From IMG/VR virus record IMGVR_UViG_3300042892_000474, positions 42,075 through 106,074 of that record: a stretch of 64,000 nucleotides of DNA, one strand, 5' to 3'. Source of the stretch: a virus. The notes below the pieces were generated by a model that saw nothing but the letters and a program-made list of their open reading frames with translations, ran no database searches and had not been told where the DNA came from. The position numbers and the translations under genes are program-made. Of this stretch, positions 23,101 through 28,769 are shown piece after piece. Every line of letters begins with the position of its first letter. The stretch's first letter is position 1.

Positions 23101-24612
23101 ACCGGATTTGTTCCAGGACAAACTATTCAGTTTAAAGGAGCAACTAGTTTTGGCGACATTGCGATTGATGGTACTGTATATTATGTTCGTGCTGTTCTTT
23201 CTTCAACTACGTTCACTATTCAAAATGAAAGTGGAACGATAATTAACCTATCTACTGGTACTGGATTAGTAATTGCATACGTTGGAGGACAATCAGCAGT
23301 ACGAGTTACAACTGGAATTGCTCACGGCTTAACGTCCGGTGATGTAGTAAGAATCGACGGTACATTAGGATCTGTTCAATTAAATAACAATACCTATTAT
23401 GTACATGTTATAAATTCTACTCAAGTAGACTTATACATCGACACACCTTACAATCCAGGATTGTCTGCGATTAACAACCCTGTTACTGCTATATCATCAT
23501 ATGTAAGTGGTGGTTATATTTGGGAATCAACTGCTTATATTATACAAAATCTTGAGGTCACGGATACTACTAATGACCCAGTATTGGGTAACTACTTAAC
23601 CGTAGCTAGTACGGAAACGTTAATCATTGGAACTCCTATCGTGTTCACCGGAGCTGTATTTGGAGGGGTGTCGGCAAACACTACGTATTATGTTAAATCA
23701 ATAGTCAGTGTTACTGAGTTTTCTATTACTGCGACTAGAGACGGTAGTGAAGTTATATTATCTACTGTATCCGGATCAATGTATGTAACTCAATGGGAAC
23801 AAGACAATGTTGATAGATTATGGGTAACAGTCAATGGATACCGTGTACCTTCAACAAGATTGCGTTTAAATGCAAATAATGAAGTTAGTATATTAGCATC
23901 AATTACAACTTTGGATAGCGTGACCATTACAAGCATGATGCCAAGTGCTACTCCAAACGAAGAAGTATTCTTAATCAACGTCAATCAAATTGGAACCAAT
24001 GTTGCGTATCGTGCAAACACACAGACTAGAACTTGGTTAGTTGAACCGTTGAGCAATACCGACACAGTGATGTATGTTGATGATGTAACTAGATTAACAG
24101 ATTTAGTTACTCAAAATGAGATAGTTCCTGCAGCAGTTGATGGGTATTTCTACATAGGTCTAGAAGCCGACAAGAGAATTATATCTAATGTCAGTGTTGT
24201 AAACAATACCATAGGACAAACTATCGCTAGTGAAAACTATGAAATTGTAATAGTAAACTTGTCTCCTGTATTAAAAATAGCAGCCGGCGCATATATTTCT
24301 GTTGGAAATCAGGTAACTATAACTATCTTAGAAGGAAACTTGTTATATGTTAACGGCGAGCAAATTAAGTTTAGCTCAGTTGATTTAGCAAATAATACTA
24401 TTTCTGGCCTACAACGAGGAACAAATGGCACCGGTGCTCAGTTCTTTATACCGTTGTACTCCGAAGTTTACGGATTGTTGTCTAATAATCAAATGTCCAT
24501 TCAGGATTATCAGGAAGTTTGGAACTCTAACGTGTACAATACAGTTGAGGGCGACCCGTTACAGATATCTACAACTCCATCCGCAATATTCTTACGCGGT
24601 GATATAAATTGA
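5131..24612 (+). CDS. Giant 6493-aa baseplate/tail structural protein with two putative beta-propellers and ~17 copies of a ~70-aa beta module
   Basis: 19.5-kb uninterrupted ORF after gp6-like gene; KPYH motif, FG-GAP-like and Asp-box-like repeats, recurring TYYV modules; Thr/Ser/Asn/Gly-rich. Confidence 0.8.
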   Translation: MASRIRTLNFLPEIFQTTTNSQFLAATLDQIVAQPETKKIQGYIGTKFGYGINAKDYYVTEPTKTRTDYQLDPGVVFTKTNESVAKDFISYPGIIDALKLEGGITNNNDRLFNSQFYSWDSFTNLDKIINFNQYYWIPEGPERVIVSSETVFYANDYVVYDLPNGYNIVPLTSADGLGSTNPTLTLLRGGTYTFAVNQSTQFWIQGEPGVTGYSPTQPNVQTREILGVDNNGATQGLVTFTVPPNDAQDEYNFPGNNTVSLVSTLPFASINGARLSDLVNGIDGITSLDGLRVMFYNTGIPNEVGYVSNFFDYTPYDENNDLTELKTISITNTNSVTDAITCNSTANLTVGNAIIFNGNPFGGIASYSTTLPNTIYYVQSILNSTEFTISSTPAGSVLPLSTASGSMTGVINQGQYEQGYYTNVNEYFYSIQLLGDPSDPVIRLVQSSEIPVDEKITATFGTEWGTRNFYRNTSGIILLIPYISAPLDTLYYQDGTSPNKVGIIRLIESNISNTLNVEDDILGNAQFTSTNGVAFTNGLKVSFQGDVIPKSYLFGEYYVEGVGAAIELLPVENFIAPENFTASTYVAWDTLGWDTAAWEGNSYVPVTPDYITISRNSIDKNAWSRSNRWFHIDVINATATYNNNPNLVTLYATSAYKAKRPIIEFYPNIKLFNSGSEGKDPVDFIDTRTTDAFSLVAGQENYYPDVEVYTAYTGIITSTDYTPIRAFSGAADATNIITTVTGTTGFRVDDLIIFDGVTPSLGIVNGSTYFVAEIVSGTEFKISSIKGGDVVDFSNISSGGTFAWTPQSTTLTIDADDVTGTMTVGQYITDSTNQLPRNTQILSITGSTTLTIEVGWDEGSSGYIPTTTESSFVSTDTTNDNYSLFEGARVIFTQDTDTSVKNKIYVARFSIIAESSIPVITLTEVDNGNVHPDQQTVALRGYFNQGKEFWYDGLEWIDGQQKTTLNQPPLFDIYDSNGISFGDPTIYLGTSFIGCKLFAYGIGAGIDDTVLGFPIKYSAIDNVGDISFDVSLNADTFDYVSGTNPITQKINTGYVYQYNNRIEYERQLGWQTAVSPSVQYQIFEFNYDPLNPTTSYVCDIAKSSADSTNWPTIEVYINNTIVSHGEYTVTVGPDTTTVVLNENPILETVIQILLLSDQVSNTAYYSIPNNLNNNPLNADIVVANIGDIRGQYQSSFYNNPNSTGKVFGPNNYRDLGNMVPWGDKIIQNSASLVLPGAFLRKQEHNLFNALMFNSKEYVKFKNLLAYTVNNSDYVQRYDPATMLDDALDQITSSKTDNQSFFWSDMLPSKAAYVSNTYSFANSLDVSIYPLSRVYDYTTANYYGVLVYLIRTQSGITTTQQLIKGQDYTISATAPSLTVSLDLQPGDVITIKEYNQTYGSYVPNTPTKLGLYPAYLPEVILDSNYTNPTYFIRGHDGSYTKLYGEYDTTTELLSDFRDQVSLEFELRVYNNLKISSVIPIKEYEILPGFFRDIDYSYPEWLEIYSNGFLNWVGQNRLNYKTQFYNAGNNYTYNYFQSGNAINKAVITQGYWRGIYQYFYDTTTPNTTPWEMLGFTEMPTWWTNRYGPAPYTSDNLVLWSDLAEGIDWNNGNPVVIPEAVRDGLLEIIPVDSAGNLLPPIDTVVGSYNQKLFQRDWKVGDGAPVEFSYRRSSTYPFDLMRTLALTKPAEFFNLGVDIDHYKYNAEFNQYLVNNRSHLRMSDIDVYGTGTPVTSYVNWVVDYEKQIGIDATTNITEMLNNMDVRLVYRLAGFSDKTLLKFFVEKSTPNSANASLLIPDESYSVLLYDNQPFNRIIYSGVIIQTASSGGFTVYGNSQTYAYFKTLKPKFGGKYETIDVEDLSIRVTPDHFDKEQIVPYNTAFYTAQEVAQFLADYGAYLTSLGMKFDDMENEIEINWAQMIAEFLYWAQTGWSAGSIVTLNPSAKKLMIDKDSNIVQPLTLQQSNFILNQNLYPIQLNDMSVVRQGTAFSVAALNAGDVLSYGQFNLSNFEHGIVFDNVTLFGDIIYNLTTGLRQNRIALRGTKSADWNGTVNASGFIYNQDNIKEWNRTAKYTKGEIVKYKNKYWVATKVIQASELFKEADWKRTDYDEVQKGLLPNSSTRSYESSLYYDIDQANLEKDADLLSFSLIGYRPRDYMALADLTDITQVNVYKNMIKNKGTLNAASAFKGATLPQGGIDYEIFENWAIKAGEFGGVLNNNFVEFRVNEKSMTGNPAIVGLTQGIYNQGVQQEVPLYSLFNYGRTITNVNVLPTTTETISTLYPDAGYVNYNDIKMSAFFYSQLGVAVDKNGSIVPIQDFFVRDYVWLANYLEQWQVYTPVSMGQVTTVKNNLNETITVTFNKPHNLTQYQPFAIVNFDPAIDGYYLATIVIDQNRVLVNKVLDTSIKTINGQGVAMKFTSQRVATPAEIANLPLTEAEFRKNTVWVDTDASGSWGVYRKNINYTLENQVTKASSQSLGSAVAISSQLGYVISDADLGQVYRYTFNDLNNAYELVQTLVGNPTFGSTISYAGDLYAIAETTGAASSVKLYQLQSTTTSDDLVLVQTIPYAAALDDLWGTAISISKNQNWIYISDIDNNTVHVYQRSNIVTTAGNFESTETYIINSIGTTDFTSIGATSNDVGTVFIATGVGTGTGVATKITFNAVTTIDGDALGLTNSGDKFGYSIATEYDSNKIIIGTPYKDEGSVDKWGRTYVFQRLSQNLEIQYNTVSPNTQTLQLAWTPSSTEFTVTDTNATTDRITLSTLPNPATDVDKPIMFIGSGFTGTEITTSKVYYIATVSGYDITIKESRESATVVPLATVAGMTNAKAYLQDDTLFVSNNGTLIQDSNYAVISDTLVYTASLNAGDIIDVNGHEITLLQNIAPAEAPQTGAQFGTSVTTNNTASEILIGAPFQLSTQTSEGVVYRYTDPGAAYGMYVGTTDCNVTTTRKILLNGFLTYIPVGNATVVANAINSSNITNVAATAINGKLVILLVDNSLAPINEKLCLSITDTTTLSELGITVFDMTQEIVCPHNIGPTQFGTVVKFNEYGSFVASAPVGTRYSATTFDFVDDENQDNDTLFDNNTTSWIDESPNFGAVYMFDYISQYNESLLNLGKFVYAQSVNSPNLAYTPFNTYDQATDVTTSNQPLYGTALDFNNYGVIVGTPGDVGSTTGSEYAGSATVYNNSTGVKDWALYRYSAPIVDINKIFNIQLFSAESNETLINMDYIDPLQGKILGAARENIDIISNVDPANYNNGDTVTGGLVWGADHVGKVWLNTKNLRFVNYHQNNDVSYNSQYWGTLFPGSDVSVCSWVASNVLPGEYRGPGIPVDVTSFSIQYVIDAAGALAPVYYFWARNTNTIFSNNGKTLADSIIASYIENPKASGISYFSPILPSVYGLYNSGDYINANDSVLHIGFATGNNDDVSHEQFNLIRSGFPSDFLPGVPNTTNEIPDSLYDRLLDSLCGVDETGAIVPNPYLPKAVQTGILARPRQSFFLDRFTALKNYLQYANSILTQFPITEIRQSSFLTSSGEFYDTRDYWEFINWWATGYDDNIKSALQVPIYADLSTLSVIPGTIVTVSTNMSGKAETYIFELTGNWRRIGLENGTIRFKSSLWDYESVRLGYGDNFFDTDTYDVYPSEETRKIVRALNEQIYTDDLLVYRNRSLILLFEYIQSETTESQNYLPWLNKTSFIDVAHTIRELRPIEVFQTDNQDFLSGYMNEIKPYHVVIKEFLFKYTGSEVYSGNITDFDLPAKYDKSQAQFITPQLVYNSGNGVNQFTPDNPIWEEQEYSQWFENHGLSITGELDAHITTLASYISLNTKSFAVDNAQGLPINGILKMGTEQIGYSSVDRALNVLAGLTRGVNGTPITEHIPGENIFMDLPAVLLLDGGRGYIEPPKVTAYIDPVLYPAPTKPAVLNAVMNLDSVLRVDVVDPGQGYTVLPKIIIDSSIVVPFSSTDVNTFSSTIQIYAPLLQTGDLIQYKVGTNSTPIGGLENDQWYYINVLETVPSVVLGFYDNYADCINDHDRLPLFSTGTGANHTVNLGAKASAISSSLPIRQNDIVLRFDRTAYTSKVIEWVTGRYYGAFFAGTYSNSESIASSSITLQSTQPPIADILASAQGVAFEITDLRNERTVTYSSFIRNVHSTYASNDVVRLTLQDDGSGNPNASGGTNGFYIGMPVTFIGDIGSSGIVNEQVYYVNSIVNQTDFTLSINSTGSPLLPLTNWTVGPAGLECFVGEVTDIAVITVNYPGILDVTSTLAVTNNITVPLNVTGTGGTAGFYIDLPIFFTGTDPTKIQNGVFGGIIENEVYYVTTVVDNQTFTMSETQNPQTFNVTATVASNDTVLIDGDTNKLIVNEPIIFNTMILAGVESATFGGLVSGTTYYVSSIVSPSAFQISATVNGAVLPLSDVSPASNTSALVTSQKNTVTLTTATGNSMVVNVSLPVSPGQVNGQLFTLYETSGQYPGLDGTNGNLITRGVAALIGERTSGIDGLPVDVNSIVMTNYNAGDTVARGLTNIYVNMPIEISEDLFFTNVLVPGTTYYVVDKGTIEIEVTNTSSSTNELTCDTTEMLFADMPITFSGSGIGGAEIDVEYWIKEIVSDTRFTITNTPGGLELTLSTASGLMTGTGLPYIKVAGNLGDPAEYPGDSQQSASITAANPAVITVANAPENGTTVIFRNGTVPSGMSLGTRYYVRNANSTTFNVSLTASGALINTSSGSLSTSTMVITTETTVDQTPLTVAEFDVSYILGGYRVLISNLGTGYAVDNTIVIPGNEIGGTSPLNDLTVTVNSIGTNGEITSVICNGTVAGDSNQYYLKVISSTEFELYQNQLMTVPVSGLSLPYVGITEATVTAVSSANDRLTIGDTSVFDVNDAVVFTGSVQTNITNITEGETYYIYDIPSSTQFRISTVPGDVTTIVNIVTTIGVNFTMAKSGSFALLPEPFIFNQSIVKYNNRVYVCVISNNDTEFVFGKWELLTSGDRRLNAMDRVFGYYQPTDNMPGKDLSQLFEGVIYPNSTYLGNAFAPDDQYPIDTILQDQAFYPADVDIHAVVWDGVRYLAAADMTDYSSVISSLTGDEWSIQKLANSPINTTDMIYAGGYYIMTTNNPATPVFRSIDGITWTTNGYYTPYGSVPYDTTTYDFTALSISSLNLNSVGYRDNLWVAVGEGIVSSDDTYIWRQRFTFSNPTLTNILYGVNGVSVPNYIGFIAVGKGQQLDYSTGVGITIDVNIVLTSTDGINWNQIPALSSKGFYGVTHNSSKIVAVGEDGVIYISDNGANWLGVNEVTVISANDSSNELNVTSTAGFIVGDQVKFSESFNVFVAGTTYYVVNIISLTQLQVSATPGGLPVTLNVFDPSETTYMFAPRTTSLVDVYYANNRYVAVGDAGLIKVSIDGYSWAQHSSGTSENLNGITYNSTSGEWIAVGDNNTILISSDNGVTWTSSSVFAIQPTIYDVQGAEFTYGYGPEELVPGVVTDNITMTVATRPGTNWDETIYAHVGYNVVSIEYTPTSGTQTLYSFDIGNLYNVQTPAQIAVYIIDGTTGLSTAIYETLNYTINWIDYTITLNTPLTFSPVANNLRVDVYEVGNGNQLVKSSTKSDPIRINSSTGWNEIYVNCNYSGQIYDGSGIIRPDTQPVDVIATMTDSTNNSILCASVEDFVLNSPITFQGSVFGGIAEDTTYYVKTISYVTNRITISTTINVSTGTAGSTLALTDGTGSMNVVIRVGYGAVWTSPIIYHNGSKLLIGTTSTITRTKASNNAITTNTTSGMVIGERIVFSDTMFGGVLLPQTTYYIKSIVDPNEFTVSATLGGPVIALTNATGGAEFISNDYAFGIADNGISASIIFSTGDYDDNVDYISYTLFGETTPTQYGYTIPEVQVISATGATGPFSLDNFVGDNNPDNAIVEVNGLRLLNTTAYTIDSNNNEITFVSAPTLGSTIAVTTFNNTDRQYLNTQYNITGVTVANIVDVNNTITPVAAITNCTASNGTTEVITCVSTTGFVPGQTIQFKGATSFGDIAIDGTVYYVRAVLSSTTFTIQNESGTIINLSTGTGLVIAYVGGQSAVRVTTGIAHGLTSGDVVRIDGTLGSVQLNNNTYYVHVINSTQVDLYIDTPYNPGLSAINNPVTAISSYVSGGYIWESTAYIIQNLEVTDTTNDPVLGNYLTVASTETLIIGTPIVFTGAVFGGVSANTTYYVKSIVSVTEFSITATRDGSEVILSTVSGSMYVTQWEQDNVDRLWVTVNGYRVPSTRLRLNANNEVSILASITTLDSVTITSMMPSATPNEEVFLINVNQIGTNVAYRANTQTRTWLVEPLSNTDTVMYVDDVTRLTDLVTQNEIVPAAVDGYFYIGLEADKRIISNVSVVNNTIGQTIASENYEIVIVNLSPVLKIAAGAYISVGNQVTITILEGNLLYVNGEQIKFSSVDLANNTISGLQRGTNGTGAQFFIPLYSEVYGLLSNNQMSIQDYQEVWNSNVYNTVEGDPLQISTTPSAIFLRGDIN
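12541..14720 (+). repeat. Seven FG-GAP-like blades (coding repeat) in the giant protein
   Basis: LGSAVAIS, FGSTISY, WGTAISIS, FGYSIAT, FGTSVTT, FGTVVKF, YGTALDF, several followed by G-[AT]-P and G-x-V-Y motifs. Confidence 0.65.
20260..21445 (+). repeat. Seven Asp-box/BNR-like repeats (coding repeat) in the giant protein
   Basis: SLTGDEW, SIDGITW, SDDTYIW, STDGINW, SDNGANW, SIDGYSW, SDNGVTW, with preceding AVG motifs. Confidence 0.7.
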
Positions 24613-24615
24613 AAG

Positions 24616-24622
24616 ATAAATA
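24616..24622 (+). promoter_or_regulatory. Putative late promoter core ATAAATA
   Basis: Intergenic, 4 nt upstream of the ATG at 24627. Confidence 0.55.
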
Positions 24623-24626
24623 AATC

Positions 24627-24779
24627 ATGAACGAAAAACATTTACAGAGCCAGGAATCTACTCAAAAAAAGCCTGAAACTAAGCCTAATGAGCATGGGGG
24701 CTTTTACTTTTCCTCGCATTTAAAGATTTTCGATCCAAACACAAAACAAGTTTTAGTACAAAAAAGAGGCGATAACTGA
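24627..24779 (+). CDS. 50-aa small protein, absent from the ORF track
   Basis: MNEKHLQSQESTQKKPETKPNEHGGFYFSSHLKIFDPNTKQVLVQKRGDN*. It fills the gap exactly and its TGA overlaps the next ATG (TGATG). Confidence 0.8.
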   Translation: MNEKHLQSQESTQKKPETKPNEHGGFYFSSHLKIFDPNTKQVLVQKRGDN

Positions 24780-25399
24780 TGTCAGTAATTACTTTATCAT
24801 ATAAAATTGAAGGTTTTCTAAAGGTCTACGACCCCAATAACGGGGAAGTTTTTGTGGACAAGAAGAATGCCATCAACTACGAAAATATGTCGGAAGCAAT
24901 TGCTGACACATTAAGCAGCCGCGGGTACGGAGAAATCTACGAAATGGCTTTTGGTAACGGTGGGGCAAGCGTTGATGAAACCGGAGTTATCACCTATTTA
25001 CCTCCTAATACTACTGGTCAAAATGCAGCATTATATAACCAAACTTATACTAAAATTGTTGACGACACTAGTGTGTTTAACTTGGATCCTACACGTAATA
25101 AAATGACAGTATCACATACTACTGGTAAGGTGTATACTGATATTTTGGTTCAGTGTTTGCTAGATTATGGTGAACCTGCAGGACAAAACGCATTTGACAA
25201 TAGTACTCAAACTGACGGGGAGTACGTTTTTGATGAACTTGGCTTATTGGCCAATTATGGCACAGATAACGACGGGAATGTTATAACTAGACTTTTAACT
25301 CATGTTATTTTTCACCCCGTACAAAAGTCTTTGAATAGACAAATTCAGATAGATTATACGGTTAGAATTCAAGCACTAACTAACTTGGTAACTATTTAA
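24779..25399 (+). CDS. Putative baseplate/tail structural protein (206 aa)
   Basis: MAFGNGG, FDELGL and HVIFHPVQKSLNR motifs of myophage baseplate-associated proteins; position in the tail module. Confidence 0.65.
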   Translation: MSVITLSYKIEGFLKVYDPNNGEVFVDKKNAINYENMSEAIADTLSSRGYGEIYEMAFGNGGASVDETGVITYLPPNTTGQNAALYNQTYTKIVDDTSVFNLDPTRNKMTVSHTTGKVYTDILVQCLLDYGEPAGQNAFDNSTQTDGEYVFDELGLLANYGTDNDGNVITRLLTHVIFHPVQKSLNRQIQIDYTVRIQALTNLVTI

Positions 25400-25400
25400 G

Positions 25401-25407
25401 ATAAATA
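25401..25407 (+). promoter_or_regulatory. Putative late promoter core ATAAATA
   Basis: Intergenic, followed by a GGAG Shine-Dalgarno and the ATG at 25432. Confidence 0.6.
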
Positions 25408-25431
25408 AGAAGAATATCGGAGTGATTTGAA

Positions 25432-26649
25432 ATGGCATATACAATTGTTAAAAGTGATGGGACAGTTTTAACGACAGTACCGGATGGTACGATTAATACT
25501 ACTAGTACATCTATCGGGCTTCCCGGCAGAAACTACGCCGGCTACGGCCAAACATTAGATACCAACTTTGTCCATCAACTAGAAAATTTTGCCGACACTA
25601 CCCCTCCGGCAAATCCTATACGTGGTCAGTTATGGTACAATACAAATAATAGCACACTATATGTTTGTCCCACAGACGGTGAAGCAAACGCATTAGCTTG
25701 GCTAGCATTGACTTCAACCAGTTCAGGTGGTACTACAACATTTGGTGCAGTTACAGTAACTGGAAACGTTCAGGCTAATAATTTGGCTGCAACTAATAAC
25801 GTTACCGGTAATGCTGGGTCATTTAACTATCTTACAGTATCAGCAAATGCTAATATTGCAGACGCAAACATCACTACTGCTAACATAGGAACGTTTAGAA
25901 CTACTGTTATTACAACAGGTTCAAACATAACTGCAGGTTCTATTACTGGTACATGGACTTCAAACGGTGGATTATCTGGTAACTCTATCATTATAACTAA
26001 TGGTAACTTGTTTATAGGTAATAGTGCAGGCGCAAACTTATATGGTGTTAGAACAGACAAGTATATGTATTCTAACGGTGATCCTATCAGTTTTGCAGGT
26101 ACATATAGTAACAGTAATGTAGCAAGTTATTTACCAGTATACAACGGTGCCATTCTTTCTACAACAACTCAAGCAACTACATTAACAACCGGTGCAAATA
26201 CGACTGCAGGTACTATTACTGGTAACTGGACGTTAAGTGCAGGATCAAGATTCAATGCAACATATGCTGACTTGGCTGAACGTTTTGCGGCTGATGCCGT
26301 GTATGATGCAGGTACTGTTGTTGAGTTAGGCGGCGAAGAAGAAATTACTGCTGTTCAGTACGAACTAAGTGAAGATGTATTTGGTGTTATTTCAGACACT
26401 GCGGCTTATTTGATGAATTCAGGTGCCGGCACTGATAAAACGCACCCACCGGTCGCAATGAGCGGCCGAGTTAAAGTAAAAGTTACTGGTATAGTTAAAA
26501 AGCATCAACGATTAGTAAGTGCAGGAAAAGGTATTGCAAGAGCTGCCGAAGAAGGTGAAGCAAACGCATTCAATACGATTGGAAGATCGTTAGAAAATAA
26601 GACTACATCTGGCGTTGGTACAGTTGAAGCTATTGTAATTATAAAATAA
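25432..26649 (+). CDS. Tail fibre/spike-like protein with C-terminal intramolecular chaperone (peptidase G2-like) domain
   Basis: N-terminal GRNYAGYG...LENFA...P-x-x-GQLWY baseplate-anchor motif; Thr/Asn/Gly-rich shaft; C-terminal YADLAERF...GVIS...PVAMSGRV. Confidence 0.7.
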   Translation: MAYTIVKSDGTVLTTVPDGTINTTSTSIGLPGRNYAGYGQTLDTNFVHQLENFADTTPPANPIRGQLWYNTNNSTLYVCPTDGEANALAWLALTSTSSGGTTTFGAVTVTGNVQANNLAATNNVTGNAGSFNYLTVSANANIADANITTANIGTFRTTVITTGSNITAGSITGTWTSNGGLSGNSIIITNGNLFIGNSAGANLYGVRTDKYMYSNGDPISFAGTYSNSNVASYLPVYNGAILSTTTQATTLTTGANTTAGTITGNWTLSAGSRFNATYADLAERFAADAVYDAGTVVELGGEEEITAVQYELSEDVFGVISDTAAYLMNSGAGTDKTHPPVAMSGRVKVKVTGIVKKHQRLVSAGKGIARAAEEGEANAFNTIGRSLENKTTSGVGTVEAIVIIK

Positions 26650-26658
26650 GGATAAAAG

Positions 26659-27609
26659 ATGAGTTACGCACAATTTGGTTTAATTGAAGCCACAGACTTC
26701 AACAATCTTGTTGGTGGTAACCCTGTAACCTCAAGCGGTAAATTGAATACTGTTTGGGCAACCGGTGGCACAAACGCAGGATATGGACAGACTGCTGTTG
26801 CTAACGTTGCAGTAGGTACAGCGGTTGCGGCATCGAACTGGGCCTCTCTAGTAAACAGTACAGCAAACTCTGCGTCACATCAGGGGACAAGCATTACCAG
26901 CGTTACTGCACCTTCAGCAGGTGGAACAGTAACATATTTGTCTGCAATACCAACTAACCTAACTACAATTTATAACAGTCGCTTAAATGCCGCAGCCCAA
27001 GGAAGTACTACTTCAAACACTGCAACTAGAGCGACCACATGGAGTTCAGCAATTACATTCACCCATACTGCTACATTTGCTAACGGCGATGCGGCTAGAT
27101 ACTTTTTTAATGCAGGTGGACAATTAGCAATTACGTGTGCGCATCCTAGTGGAACAGGTATCAATTTGTTATTAAATAACTTAGCCAGTAACGTAGGGAC
27201 CGTAGTATTAAGCAGTCCAACGTCAGGTGCTATCACAGTTGCCGGCACATCATATAATGGTATAACTAAAGTTGGTGGTGGTGGAAATGCCCCTACAATT
27301 AGTACCAACACTGGATATTATGCACTGACAGCATCAAACGTTACTGCTTTCACACAAACTGCATCAACCGGACCTAGTGGTTACCTAAGTACATTTATCC
27401 GTGTAATCGTTCAAAGTAACGGCACACAAGGTGCTAATGGTGATGCAGGATCCATAATTACAATTTATACTGTCTGGGATGAAGTTCCGGACGGCTTAAC
27501 AGCGGCTGCTAACTCGGCTACTACGTTGACAGTTCGACCCCCTGCGATTACTAACATATCAAATACTTGGGGTGCAGTCACCCTTTCTGGTACAGTCTCT
27601 GGTACATAA
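26659..27609 (+). CDS. Ser/Thr/Ala/Gly-rich virion structural protein (316 aa)
   Basis: GYGQT and ARYFFNAGG motifs, low-charge composition, position after the fibre gene. Confidence 0.6.
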   Translation: MSYAQFGLIEATDFNNLVGGNPVTSSGKLNTVWATGGTNAGYGQTAVANVAVGTAVAASNWASLVNSTANSASHQGTSITSVTAPSAGGTVTYLSAIPTNLTTIYNSRLNAAAQGSTTSNTATRATTWSSAITFTHTATFANGDAARYFFNAGGQLAITCAHPSGTGINLLLNNLASNVGTVVLSSPTSGAITVAGTSYNGITKVGGGGNAPTISTNTGYYALTASNVTAFTQTASTGPSGYLSTFIRVIVQSNGTQGANGDAGSIITIYTVWDEVPDGLTAAANSATTLTVRPPAITNISNTWGAVTLSGTVSGT

Positions 27610-27634
27610 TTTTTAAGCAGGTGCTTGTGTCTAT

Positions 27635-27641
27635 CTAAATA
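27635..27641 (+). promoter_or_regulatory. Putative late promoter variant CTAAATA heading the glycan operon
   Basis: TAAATA core in the intergenic gap, followed by an AGGAG Shine-Dalgarno (27647-27651) and the ATG at 27658. Confidence 0.5.
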
Positions 27642-27657
27642 CTCTTAGGAGTGATCT

Positions 27658-27963
27658 ATGGACACAAAAACTTTAATTAGCGAAGCTAAAGCCCGATTTA
27701 GCCACAACGCTGCCAAATCATATCTAAAAGAAAAGTACGAAACACGATTAATCGTTGCAGAGCAAGGCGGCCTTTGGAGAGCAAACCTTCAAACAATCAA
27801 TTTTTTAAATAATTCTCAATCTAATACGGTCATCTTAGTTGACAGTTTTGAAAATCCGGTTGAGGTAAATCGTACAGAACTTTTAGCTAAACTTAATGAA
27901 ACTTACGAATCTATAATGCGTGAGTGGCTAAATGAATGGGCAGAGCTAGAGAAAAAACGATGA
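27658..27963 (+). CDS. Hypothetical protein (101 aa), loosely resembling DUF4376-type tail-associated proteins
   Basis: Strong RBS; GGLWRAN...LVDSFENPVEVNRTELL pattern. The family resemblance is weak. Confidence 0.55.
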   Translation: MDTKTLISEAKARFSHNAAKSYLKEKYETRLIVAEQGGLWRANLQTINFLNNSQSNTVILVDSFENPVEVNRTELLAKLNETYESIMREWLNEWAELEKKR

Positions 27964-28769
27964 GTAGAGGCGCACTACTCTTTGCGTTTAACTCTCCCAA
28001 ATACGATTACTACGCTATGGCGGAGTACACTGCAAAGAGAATCAATCATTTTTTAGGACTTCCGGTAACAATTGTTACTGATGAATCCAGCATACCAAAT
28101 AATTCCAAATACAAGTTTGACAACACTATTGTTGTAGAACCGGACAAGAACAACATCCGAGACTATGTAGTTTGGATTAACAAAGGTCGATATCAAGCAT
28201 ATGACCTAAGTCCATATGATGAAACACTATTATTGGACACCGACTACGTAGTAAATAGTGACCGCTTACTAAGCACATTTGACATTTGTGATGATTTTTG
28301 TTGTCATGATACTACTTCATTTCTAATGCACCCAAAAGCACCTCAAGAAATATTAAGTGCGTATAGCTTTAAAACACTGTGGGCTACAGTCATAACATTT
28401 AAAAAAACTCAAAGAGCAAAACAAATCTTTGAATGCTTAGAAATGGTTCAAAAAAATTACGAGCATTACGCAAACATTCATAGTTTCATTGCCGGAGTAT
28501 ACCGCAATGATTACGCATTGACATTGGCCTTGCGTATTGCTAATGGGCATCTAAACATTAATTCAGACATTATTCCCTGGAATCTATTACACGTTGGTAA
28601 AAATACTTCAGTATACGCAGAAAGCACAGATGAATTCAATACAGAGTATACCGTAATGTTTGACAATTGGCAACGAGGTAAAATTCGTAAAGAATATATC
28701 AATATCAAAGATACAGACTTTCACGTAATGAATAAAGAAAACTTTTTGGAGTTAATTAAAAATGGATAA
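27960..28769 (+). CDS. GT-A fold glycosyltransferase (GT8-like)
   Basis: SPYDETLLLDTD DxD motif; probable start is the ATG at 27960 (ATGA overlap) rather than 27936. Confidence 0.75.
   Translation: MSRGALLFAFNSPKYDYYAMAEYTAKRINHFLGLPVTIVTDESSIPNNSKYKFDNTIVVEPDKNNIRDYVVWINKGRYQAYDLSPYDETLLLDTDYVVNSDRLLSTFDICDDFCCHDTTSFLMHPKAPQEILSAYSFKTLWATVITFKKTQRAKQIFECLEMVQKNYEHYANIHSFIAGVYRNDYALTLALRIANGHLNINSDIIPWNLLHVGKNTSVYAESTDEFNTEYTVMFDNWQRGKIRKEYINIKDTDFHVMNKENFLELIKNG

Noticed and set aside
27615-27626. AAGC-AGGT-GCTT hairpin as a terminator
   Set aside because: The stem is only 4-5 bp and there is no U-tract.
27936-27959. Upstream start of the first GT as given by the track
   Set aside because: The ATG at 27960 forms a typical ATGA overlap with the previous stop and is the more likely start.
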